From Paraphysomonas bandaiensis (Eukaryota; Protista; Chrysophyceae), in assembly GCA_965644295.1 (NCBI GenBank), contig CBFFRP010000077.1, forward strand, positions 124,001 through 188,000: 64,000 nucleotides of DNA, written 5' to 3'. The translations under genes were made by a program, and so were the position numbers. This document shows positions 50,784-61,738 of this stretch, piece after piece (the first letter of the stretch is position 1; each line of letters begins with the position of its first letter). The notes under the pieces were generated by a model. The model made no database searches, was not told the DNA's origin, and saw only the letters and a program-made list of their open reading frames with translations.

Positions 50784-52485
50784 CAGCGCATTCTCGATAT
50801 ATCGCGGTATGTATATCGCGATACCCTTTTATATCGCGGATTTTGGTCCAGGACACTTCATCACACATAATTCTAATGGAAAACTGAGGCCATTTTCTGT
50901 TACAAGGGTAAGCATTTTTTTGGTAAGCATTCCTTACCAAAATACGCCGAAAATCAATTTCTGTTTGCCCTGGTAAGCATTTTCGGGGTAAGTTTTTGAA
51001 AATGCTTACCAAAATGCTTACCCTGGAGAGAGAGTGGGGGGGTAAAATTTGGAATCCTTACCTGAGGATGAAATGTAATGATGCGCAAGAGTCTTTTTCT
51101 CTCATCGAAGGACGTCTGCTCATAAGAAGGATATATATATGTCTCATGATATTCAATGTCGCGTGCTGCAAGAACTTCGAATACCTGTTATTGAGAAATT
51201 TCTTCGTTACATACCCTCAATAACAGGAGGCTCATGAGACCATTCTGGAGTCATTCCCTGAGAATGCATGGAGTTCACAAATATCAACACTTGGACACCT
51301 GATTGAAACTTGGGCAAAAGCCGAAAAAGGCGGAGACATGTTTGGCACTGAAGAGTACACTAAGGAAAATGCACTGGGGGATATTTACCTCAAACGAATG
51401 CGTAGTATGACTTTGGAGTGAACATCGAAGTGCAGGTAATTGAAAGCTGAATTGAAGCATTGAGTATAAGTTTACCTTCTGTTGTTAAGTTAATACTTCT
51501 CGTATAATGTCAAACTTTGATACAGAGGATGAGTATGAGAAAACTTTTAATTGGTTAAGCAGTAGGGTTTCATTATCAAGTGACATTATAAGACAAGTAC
51601 TAATAATTCAATTTACGGAAACCTTAATGCGTGTAAGAACCAGCTATCAGGTTATTTTATGCTGTATGAGCTCTCTATTGTATATGCTTAAGTTTGTACA
51701 TACCATCTGTACAACATAGGTTGAATATTGCTATGTTCTATATTGTTATTCATAATTTTCACTCTATCGTGTTCATTACTAACACTCTAATAATCACAAC
51801 ATTGTTCTTTTACTATTATAAAGATCAATTCTTTATTATAATGAGACATAATGAAGAACAAATAAGAGCAGTATCACTGCACTTCAGCAGTCAATGTCTT
51901 TAGAGGACGAAGGCGATGACGATGACGAGGATGATTGTATTAACACCAATGGAAATGATAGTGCTATTACTGCTGTGCAAGCCGACAATGCTGTTTTAAT
52001 GTTACTCGATTATGCTACCCAGGAGGGGCATTCAACAGCGCATATTGAGCTCCTCAGAAAAGTGCAGAATAATATTCATACAGAAAGGCACAAGAATCAT
52101 TCTAAGGTACAAACTTCTCTGCATCAGTTTTTTTCAGCACGTACTAAAGGTTCTGAAGTCCATGAAATTTAATAATTTTATCTTATTGTTAGCTAGGAAT
52201 GTAGTAAGTGTGTTAAGAAATTGAATACCATAAATTCCATAAATAATGATATATTAGTAACTTATTTCACAAATTCTTTGCATGTGCCATTCAGTACAAG
52301 GAGTACTATGCTATACAGACACGACATTGTGGATATATTGCACAGTCTTAAGCTCCTTAAACTTGTTCTCTATGACTTTGCGGAATACAGTGCTGTATTT
52401 TACTATTAAATTGTATATCGCGATATTGCGATATATCGCGATTTCCTCTCCAGGACACTTTCCGCGATATATCGAGAATGCGCTG
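50784..52485 (+). mobile_element. Non-autonomous pogo/Tigger-type (Tc1/mariner superfamily) element, 1702 bp
   Basis: Perfect 24-bp TIRs CAGCGCATTCTCGATATATCGCGG (50784-50807 and 52462-52485), each flanked by TA. Subterminal TATATCGCG repeats are present. ORF 51894-52172 retains an acidic stretch plus QTSLHQFF (PIP box), like pogo transposase C-termini. Confidence 0.9.
50905..51062. repeat. Inverted/direct array of GGTAAGCATT motifs nested inside the pogo element
   Basis: AGGGTAAGCATTTT...GGTAAGCATT (50905-50931) is mirrored by AATGCTTACCAAAATGCTTACCCT (51001-51024). About eight motif copies occur in both orientations. Confidence 0.75.
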
Positions 52486-54187
52486 TATTTACCCACACAA
52501 TGTCTGCATCACATATCTGGCTGTGGATATGGCATGAAACGATGTGAACACCGAAGCACATCGCCGCCAAAGGCTTCCTCCGAACTGTAAATTAGGATAC
52601 TCTTACCCGGATTACGTTATGGACAATATGGTGTTTTCCCGTTCAATCCGTCGAAGATACGGTCGCTAGAGGAGAGATATCGTCCACACGGTCATGAGTA
52701 TCAAATGAACTATCCACTTTAGTGGCAGGTTAACGCCACTTCCTGAACAATAAATATTTGCTTCTGCAGAGAGAAGCAGCGACAATACAATGCCCTGGTT
52801 TGTACTATCTATCCTGCAACATCTTTGCCGAAATACAAACCACTGTACGGATTGTGAGTCCAAGGCCTACCCATGGAATGCGCCATGATCACATTCATGA
52901 TCATGTGGTGCGTTAACAAGAAAAGAGATGAAGTTGATCGTGCTGACTTCATGTGCAGCTGTGTGCGTGATCCCACCAGCCTGGTATTTGCCGCATTGTT
53001 ATTAGCGATCGATAGAGATGAAGCTGGGTATTACACCAGTCAGGTCGCTAGAACTAGGGGTCATTATTTTTTAGGTACACCGGATTGCACATGTACCATC
53101 AATAGAAGCCGCAATCAGAATATTATCCACGTAGCGATCATATCTATTTCTTGACCTCTCGCAGATGATATGATATCCACTAATTACAGAGTTTAAAAAT
53201 AGGAGTTAAAGATATGGTATCACATCTGATCTTTTTTTTCTATTAAAACGTGTGGTACATTGAACCGCCCGACTTCGCACAGAAGCTATACTTAATGAAG
53301 GTCACATTGCTATAAAGCGTCCGATTAATATTTACCAGATTTTACTCTAGTTGATCCAGTATTATGGCTTTTGAATCTCGGATGAATATTGATAGTTCGG
53401 CGCCCAATAATATCACCATATGTTTTTGGTGTTTAAGGTTTGCATATAGCAAGAGGTTGACATCAGTGATCAATGATATGTTCGACTCCAACTGCACGAA
53501 CAATTCGTTGTATCTTAAGGACAATATTTCAGGAGAGAGGAGGAGGGAGATGATGTGTGGCGTTCAACTTTGCGCCGCGATTGGGGTTCTGCTTGCCATT
53601 TCTATCTATCATAATCTCTGCAACCAAACTCTATAACAGTTTTGTAGTCCTTGCACAGGTAGTCTGGATGTGAGATTAGAGGACAAAACCTCGCACTGTC
53701 GCGAAGCGGTCTCATTGGTGCAATTTTGCTTACAGACACACGATATATTCAACTTATATACAACGACACCTCGTTGGCAATTCTGTTGCTACCAACGTAC
53801 TGTGTACACAAGTAATAGATGCATAGCAGAGCTGCCTAACAATTATTATTTGGTGTCTCATTAAAATTATTGAAAGTAATTGAAATCAATTACGCATCCC
53901 TGATACATAGTGAAATCACCAAGGAGACAAAAAGTATTAAAGTTTTCTTACTTGACTAAAAACTGCAGAGAGATATTACGCTTTCAGAAAACTGTGGTGA
54001 TTACGTAGTCATTTATATTGCTATACTTGCTATATTGTAAAATTTCTATAAAATGTTACATTCAGTTGTACACACTATTCAGAGACGACAAGACTACTTT
54101 CTCTAGAAAATACTATATATCTGATATGTTAGGTATATAGAAACAAACAAATATATGAAAACAATTCAAATATTGAGAGAGTGTGTT

Positions 54188-55533
54188 CTAGTCCACCGCG
54201 ATCAAAATACACGATGCATTGTCTGGTGCGTACCCTGCATCCAAAAACAAGTGTAAATCTAATGCCTTGTCAACACGAAGGTACATCACGTAGATATAGT
54301 GAGCCAACAAGAAGCTAAATAAAAAGCAGGACACAAAACCAAGCGGCACTTACTATTCTTTTTCCAATAATCTGAAACAGTTGCACGAAGACATAAATCG
54401 CGAGCGGCAGTTGTCATCATCTCGTTTAGATCGGCTCGATTCGCTATAAGGTTTTCTTCACAAGGTCCCTCCCTGTACAAAGCATGAAGCAATATATACT
54501 AAGTGTTGTGAATAAGTACTTTCTGTTTCATACGGTCATGTGTATTTTACGAGCACACATATATTTATATACTTGCATATACATATATCAATATATTATC
54601 GTTCAGATGACAGGGTGATCACCTCATGGCTGTAGCATTCGCCTTTGGGTTACAATGTGGACGCCTCAAATCAAGGTGCTGCCTAATTATTTTAAAGACT
54701 TCAGAGGGTCTAAAAGCATCCCATACTCCATCTGAAGCAAGGACAACCATCCGAAAATCTTTGAAAAGCCGGTAGGTCTGCATTTCGCCATGATGATGAA
54801 TCACTGTTCCTTTGATACCTCCGAGTAGGGGCAATTTCGCATAAAAATCGCCAAACGAGCGGGTAACGATGAGTCCTCCAGGGTAAACTCTCAACGGCGT
54901 GTGAATAGGCCGAAAGAAAAAGCAGCACGGTATCATAGATGATTGGGGGGGAGATTGCTCTACCACCGCCCCTGAGTTTCGGCATCGCGAAACCTCGGCG
55001 GGGTTCGACGTGGAGTGGTCCTCTGTCACTTTGGCGTGACTTCCATCTGGACGCTCAATGAATGCAGAACTATCACCACAGTTGACTACAAATAATTGAT
55101 GTCCTGAGATTAAACACACAGTAGCCGTGGACCCGTCACGCAGCACGCCGTATTCAGTCTTGAGGTATTTGTAGAGTTTATCATCCATTCGGCGCCAGGT
55201 TTCTTGCAATGCAAGGCCAGGGTTAGAGCAAATCAAGGGGTGCTGTGCTAGTGACTTGTGGAATTGTAGGGCCAAAAACTTTGAAGCTTCTCCGCCTCCG
55301 TGACCTTTAAGCAGGAGTGGTAAGTTAACATGAGGTCATCTGAAGAGACACTAGGCAAAGTTACCGTCAAAAATAGCACAATATATCCTCATATCATTGT
55401 TAGGAGGATTAGATATGTACTTGTTGAGATTAACACACACCGCAAAGTCCTCCTGTGTCTCTTTCCATCCACGTTCTAAGGCACAGCCAATGTTAACAGA
55501 CAGTGACCTGTTACTGGGACTGATTTTGCTCAT
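54188..55533 (-). CDS. PP2C/PPM-family protein phosphatase, 4 exons
   Basis: Motifs RGWKETQED, AIFD|GHGG, DGSTATV, VNCGDS, TRSFGD and LASDGVWD; terminal exon PDNASCILI. Confidence 0.9.
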
Positions 55534-56018
55534 AGAGGTCACTATGACATTACCTTATACTACAGGGGACATATTTGCAATACTATGGTGAAAGATATCA
55601 GTTCCAGAAGTCATGAGCACATGTTCGAGGAATTCATCAAGAGGCAGTTAGTGTCTTCTTCTTGTTCTAAATACGTGGTAACATACAGCAGTACCAGTAC
55701 GAGATACACGAGGAGAAGGTATCGGAATCTTCGAATAGTGATAAAATAATTAGAAAATAGGCCTTTTTATCACTGTTTTCTATTTTTTAAAAGAAAGTTC
55801 TGATTTTTATTACAACTGGACTGATATTTCGGATATTGTTCTCGTTCACAGGAGTCTGGAGGGCAATAGTTGCTTATACTCATGCCATGCTAACTGACAT
55901 CTATGATCTGCTTATACTTTAGAATGATGTAAGTTTCATAGTGATTACTGTACGATGAATAACATGCGTATAACTCTTCAGTTATTATTACTTATACACA
56001 ACTATCATTTATAAGACG

Positions 56019-57179
56019 ATGTTTCACATCATATGTTACTTACTATTACTTTTTCTGTCTCTTTGTTGCAATGCTCATAAACCAATAGCCCTTGTTCATG
56101 TTGGGCCCCATAAAGCAGGATCAACTTATGTTCAATCACTGTTGCTCTTATTGGAGTCTTCATTACAAGAGGAGGGTATAAAGGTCATTAAAAATGAAGA
56201 GTATACATCTGATATCTTTTCACCGGACTCTAATTTGGTATATTTGGGAAAGTCATTGATGGATGCAGGGAAAGCTAATGAAAATGTACTGCTGAGATCT
56301 GCACATAGAGTCCTATCGGATCACTTACACAATAATCGAAGTGTTATATTATCTGCAGAAATATTTGATTCGCAGTCTATAAATTTGGGCGTATTTGTTA
56401 GACTTCTTAGTCATTTTCGTGTGACAATTGCTATTGTTCATCGCAATTGGCTTTCAATGTTGATATCGACTTATTTTCAAGAGTGTAGAATGCTACGTGG
56501 TGTTATAAAACGCTGTCGTAATATTCCAGAAAGTAAAGAAGTCTCATTTGAAAACTTTGTTGTATACAATAACCTCACCTCTTCTGTATCAGTCTTGGCA
56601 ATGGAACGACAAGCACTATCTGTTGCCAATCGGTATGCCAATCACTTCGGAGCAAACAATATCCGCATACTTGATCTGGAAGGTCTTGTGAGCGGCGGTT
56701 CGGACATATTTCTAGCATTCCTTGATCTGTTAAACCCAAGTGAGAAATTGAAACAAACGGCAGTCAGTACAGTCCAATCTGTGGATGCATCTAACGTTGG
56801 ATATTCAATGGATTACAACCAAATATTTCGTGCTGCTACTTCCAAAGGCCTGGTACCACCAGAGTGTAATATGGTGGGGCAACCTAGTTGGGAGGCCTGG
56901 TCTGAAATTCCTGATAACGAGCGTAGAGAGTTTCCCAAAAAATGTACGCGGCAAGAAATTTTGGACGTACTTGTACGACAGGCTCTGAGGTTGGATACAT
57001 CTATACGTGAGATGTGGGCGCAATCGATTGTAGGTGGTAGTCGAGTGGCGGCTGAAGAAGCTATACAGAAGGCACAAAATGATGTACGTCTTTGTGCTGT
57101 AGATGAAAAGGCTTTTTTCAGTTCAAAATATTGGGTAAACCTTGTAAAGGAAGAGATAAGGAGAAAATGCACTGATTGA
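56019..57179 (+). CDS. Secreted P-loop/sulfotransferase-like protein (intronless)
   Basis: Signal-peptide-like N-terminus; HVGPHKAGSTYVQ (PSB-loop-like), ILSAEIF and R...MLISTYFQ. Confidence 0.7.
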   Translation: MFHIICYLLLLFLSLCCNAHKPIALVHVGPHKAGSTYVQSLLLLLESSLQEEGIKVIKNEEYTSDIFSPDSNLVYLGKSLMDAGKANENVLLRSAHRVLSDHLHNNRSVILSAEIFDSQSINLGVFVRLLSHFRVTIAIVHRNWLSMLISTYFQECRMLRGVIKRCRNIPESKEVSFENFVVYNNLTSSVSVLAMERQALSVANRYANHFGANNIRILDLEGLVSGGSDIFLAFLDLLNPSEKLKQTAVSTVQSVDASNVGYSMDYNQIFRAATSKGLVPPECNMVGQPSWEAWSEIPDNERREFPKKCTRQEILDVLVRQALRLDTSIREMWAQSIVGGSRVAAEEAIQKAQNDVRLCAVDEKAFFSSKYWVNLVKEEIRRKCTD

Positions 57180-57479
57180 GCTTGTATATTTGTATCATGA
57201 CTTAAGAAATCAAGAAGTTTCAAGTTAAGGATGAAGTAGTGTAGGTAGTAGTGTGAGATGTGAGAGGAGAGTTAACACCAAGCTTTCTTCCCATTCATGA
57301 GTTGAATTTACTCAAACTATTGCATTTTTACTTACTTTCATTCTTAATACTTCTAAATATAGAGGATAAACGAACAAGTTCTCGTTATCCTGATATCATA
57401 ATGACTCAATACATCACTCATTCTTCTACACTTCCCCCCTAATGCGAGATCTTATTGACTGTCTGGCTTTATGTTCTTT

Positions 57480-57797
57480 ACCTTTTAACTGGGTTAACCC
57501 ATACGGCCCTCAAACTGTCACTGTGGTAGCATAGATGCCTTGTGTTTTCCTTACTGAAGCAACATCTCCTTCTGACTACGTCAAAACACTGGTGCTCCTT
57601 AAATGGTACGGAAGTGGTTGCACTTTGGAGCTTGCGGCGACGCACAAGTAGCTTCTGTAACGTTAAAGAGTAGGATATGAGAAAATGAACTAGTTAGTTA
57701 CTGGTAGAGGTTGATCTAGCGTGACTAGTCTTCATCTAACTACTTTTCTGGTGTCGGTTCTTGACACCTACTGCTAATAATAAGACTCTCACACACA
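57480..57797 (+). mobile_element. Non-LTR retrotransposon 3' end (same family as 1340-3500 and 25020-25181)
   Basis: Translates VRKWLHFGACGDAQVASVTLKSRI*. The terminal ACACCTACTGCTAATAATAAGACTCTCACACACA matches the TSD-defined end of the 25020-25181 copy. The 5' boundary is approximate. Confidence 0.8.
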
Positions 57798-57999
57798 TCT
57801 TCCTTCATCATGTCGTAACTGCGCAGCACGAGTATACATACTGCTGTTCATCCTTAGCCTGATATTTCTCGTCCTCTAAGTGGTAGTTACACATGCCCAC
57901 TGTAACGCCGCTGTAAGTTTCTCCACCCAGGTCTCATCTCCACCTCTTACTACCCTCTCCAGGTGTTACTGTTCCTCCATGGCAAAACTAGAGATACAC

Positions 58000-58620
58000 A
58001 ACTTGTCGAAGTCTTAAATAAAAAGAAATATCAGACGAGTTTCTATAGGCGATGCAACCCCCTGCAGTTAAAATCTCTCAACCAAGTCGGACTTGCACCT
58101 ATTCGTACTACTTAGGGGGATGTGTACCGGAGAAATTCTCACTGGGAAACTATCCTGAGCCGCATATTTAGACAGAAGATAATATTTTTCCCACTCATAG
58201 CCCTTAAGGTGAACTCATCCCGGATGCTTGACTTCAGCAGGCAGCCCAAAAACCCCGGATACCCTTGAGGGGTCCATTACCGGATGGCTGTTAATTTGTC
58301 AAAGGCCAATGATGCCTACACAAGTGACGCTTATTTGTGACACTTGCACTACACAAACACTTGACTACTGTATGAGTGAGCAGAACATCATCTGCTTTCT
58401 ATCTACACAGCTCACGCTAGTGTACCAGACAAACTCTTATGGCACACTGTTGAGGCGAAAGCGCTCAATAGCAGACCCAAGTATTGATTCCAGAACCAAG
58501 TGGTTAGCGTGCTGCCACTCATTGACAAGTACTGCGGTCTCTGTTGTCGACAGACCCAGTGGGAAGGCGCGATAAGCAATTGCTGTCACTGCAGTGTAAT
58601 CCTGCAGGCAACTCGTTCTC
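58000..58620 (+). mobile_element. Possible further degenerate non-LTR C-terminal fragment
   Basis: Broken frames give a C..C knuckle-like segment (LICDTC...EQNIICF) followed by LLWHTVEAKALNSR...VVSVLPL. This loosely resembles ALNSR...VVDLLHPL at 1876-2220. Confidence 0.35.
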
Positions 58621-59209
58621 CCACACCTTGATAGCTAATTCAGAATATCAGTTTCCGCCGAAACACCACATACACATTATATACACATCAAAACATCAAA
58701 ACATCTGTTGTTAATTCCATATTGGTATTCCAAGTCACTGGGACTTTCGAAATGGATTACTGGGTTTTTGATAAAGTCCTCTGGATAGAGTGTGCATTGG
58801 TACTGTGTTACACCCTCCACATCCAACTCCAATCTTCATGTAAACACGTTTCATCCCCGACTGCACCAACACATCCATTATGATAACGATGTTTTGAATC
58901 CCTCTGTGCATATAGGAACGTGACGGAACGCTCTCGTAATATTCGGGTAGGGAAAGTTTTTTTTTTGTGTTGCCTGCTCTACATTCCAACAGGGATACGG
59001 CGGTATGATATGATACTACGACGGTCGTAATCATATCATACGTATATGTATTGCGGAGAGGATACAAGAATATGTATACCAACCTACACGTACATTCTGC
59101 CTGTGCATACCCAGCATACAGTCTGCTGTGTAGTAATAAACAAACATATTCATACACTCTGCTAAGATATACCTACATACCCTTATTAATCTGTCAAATT
59201 TCTTACACA

Positions 59210-59902
59210 ATGAGCAGTGAAAGTGGATTTAACTGGCCTCCTCTTGAGAGCAACCCTGAAGTGTTCACAAGTTACCTTCATACCATTGGAATGAGCCGCC
59301 AATGGAGCATCGGTGAGGTGTATGGCTTCGATGAAGATTTGCTCGCTTTTTTGCCCCAACCCGTGCTTGGTGTTATTGTGGCTATTGAAAGACTACATAA
59401 AGATGATGACAGACAACAAGGAAGTGAAGATAACAACAATATCGTCCCGTATTACATGAAGCAGACTTCTGAATTGGACAATGCATGCGGAATAATTGCG
59501 TGCCTTCACACGTGTTTAAATAACTTAGACAAAGTTGAGCTTGAAGCTGGAAGTATACTGGAAAAGTTTTGTAAGGATGTGAAAGAATTGTCTCCCGCTG
59601 ATAGGGCGACGCATTTAGAAAATGCGACAGATTTCAAGTCGCAACACGCATCTGCCGCATCTGAGGGGCAAAGTACACAGGCAGCTAACCAAGATGCCGT
59701 CAAGCACCACTTTATTGCTTTTGTGGTTAACGGAAACAACCAACTCATTGAGTTGGATGGTACCAAGCGGGGGCCAAACGTGATTGCTGAAGGATGCCAT
59801 GATGTACTGAGAGGAAGCATTGCAGAAATTCAGCGAAGATTAGCCGCTGGAGAAATCAGCGAATCGATTAATATGATGACACTTAACGCTAATCCAGCAT
59901 AG
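59210..59902 (+). CDS. UCHL3: Ubiquitin C-terminal hydrolase, peptidase C12 (UCHL3/YUH1-like)
   Basis: WPPLESNPEVF, YMKQT...NACG (catalytic Cys), HHFIAF (His) and ELDG (Asp). The ATG at 59210 is in a CACAATG context. Confidence 0.95.
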   Translation: MSSESGFNWPPLESNPEVFTSYLHTIGMSRQWSIGEVYGFDEDLLAFLPQPVLGVIVAIERLHKDDDRQQGSEDNNNIVPYYMKQTSELDNACGIIACLHTCLNNLDKVELEAGSILEKFCKDVKELSPADRATHLENATDFKSQHASAASEGQSTQAANQDAVKHHFIAFVVNGNNQLIELDGTKRGPNVIAEGCHDVLRGSIAEIQRRLAAGEISESINMMTLNANPA

Positions 59903-60503
59903 ATGTGCTGTCTAACATCTGCATTTACGATTAAAGATATGAAGATGTTTTTCGTGAAATTCTTTCTTAGTACCACAATTTAGGGGTGCTCCATTCAGGC
60001 CCCGTGTCGTAACTAATAATTTAGTGCTATTAACTTAAATATTTGCTTGCTTGTGGCTGCTATAATACTGCTTCTATTATTCCGCCTCTATTGCATACAA
60101 CATTATTAGCTAATAGGAGTAATAGGAGACATGTATCAGACTATCTATCTATCTATGATAGCCATACTCCCTGCGAAATTCCAATCGTGGTGTACAAAAG
60201 TAGTGATTACAGAGTATATTTTCTATAGTTGGTGTATATCAGTGTTATGATTCTAACTGTCGCCGACCAATGATGGACCCCGCAGTTCATTAAAGTGATA
60301 TTCTGCAGGGAACGCGTCTAAATATTATTCAAAGTACTCCTCAAATGCTGCACACTTTGTGTATAATTTCTTTGTTATAAGGGTATATATTCTTAAGTAT
60401 AAGGTAATATAATATGATCTACAATTTAGACAGTATATATGGCAAAGCTATATCTTGGAAAGATACAGGCATGTGAAGTCGAACCATTGGATGATAAATA
60501 TCA

Positions 60504-61738
60504 CTACATAAGTATATCATCCGGTATTACTGAGGTATCATTTCGCGTGATCGCAGTTGCTAAATACTTTCCGACAATAGCATGATAGACTAACCCCCGT
60601 GCTCCCAGACCGCCTACAAGCCATACATTGGGCATTCTAGCATTACAAAGCCTCGATATTACGGGGCGGGAGCCTTCATGCTTCCTTTTTACAGTCCAAC
60701 GCACACCAGTCCAAGTATCGACTGGGATCTTTCCAGCCAAAGGTGGATACAAAACATTTATTTTTTTTCGTAGCTTGTTTACAGAAGCGGAGTCAGTGAA
60801 ATTATCACACTGATCAAGGTCGCTCCCAACTATGCCCTCTTTGGTCGCACCACATATAAGTTTTCCACTCTCAACTGGATGGGGTACAACGTATTCTCCC
60901 TGCAATATCGCGTGTTTAAGCCCCCTTCCAGATATATGAAGTGGGTCTTCGTAAATCGATATCTGTCCCTTAGTCAGAGCATGTGGGAGGTCGGCTGGCC
61001 ACAAACCAGGCGAAGCCGCCCCACATGCTATGACAACTGCATCGAACTCTGTGCAAGAAATATCTTGTAGGCATTGCACTGAGCGTACCTCCCAGTGTGC
61101 CTCTCTACAAGCATCTTTAATAACTTCCCACAGCCCCTTTACATAGTTGCTAGAGTCGACTATATGTGAGTGCTTTATAAGTGCTGCCCCATGGACAGCA
61201 TCACATGAATTCGGCGCAAGAGATTTAAACTCGTTTTCATCGACAACATCAATCCACTAAACGATGACATCATAAATAGAAATAAAATAATTATCAAGTC
61301 ACTCACATTAGGTAGAGAAGCAGCCGCCTGAAGGTACCTTTGATACTCTTTGAAAGATTTAAAAGGACGCAATATTGCATTGCTTGTAGAGTGTAAAAGT
61401 TGACTATTTTGGGCTGTCTCAACACGATGTATTAAGCTCATCGCGCAGGTGTAGCCCTCAACACCATGCCACAGCAAATTTCCCTTCGGAGTAAGAGGAT
61501 GCAGTAAGCCAGCAGCAACAGCAGATGCACCTCCGTGCCCTGGATTGCATGAATCAATCACTGTGAGACATGTTTCTTTGTTCGACAAAAACAGTGCCGT
61601 GGCGAGACCCGCCATCCCCCCACCAACCACACAAACCTTACTACTTGAATATCTCCACCCTCCACATACTACTGATCGCATAGTGTCTGCGATCACAGGG
61701 TTCCAACTCCTAAACCCACAGTACATGGACGACATCAT
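60504..61738 (-). CDS. FAD-dependent oxidoreductase, DAO family (MnmC C-terminal-like); exons ~61738-61307, 61256-60504
   Basis: VVGGGMAG Rossmann motif, GASAVAAGLLHP, TKGQ, CGAT, WTGVR and GGLGARGL. A 50-nt GT-AG intron restores the frame. The start codon is uncertain. Confidence 0.88.

Noticed and set aside
52490-53860. Coding-like decayed sequence including a GVNLP (helicase motif-like) peptide
   Set aside because: No other helicase or transposase motif in consistent order, so it cannot be assigned without BLASTX.
58735-59157. 140-aa minus-strand ORF as a divergent partner of UCHL3
   Set aside because: No motif, low-complexity composition and an A10 run; not supportable as a gene.
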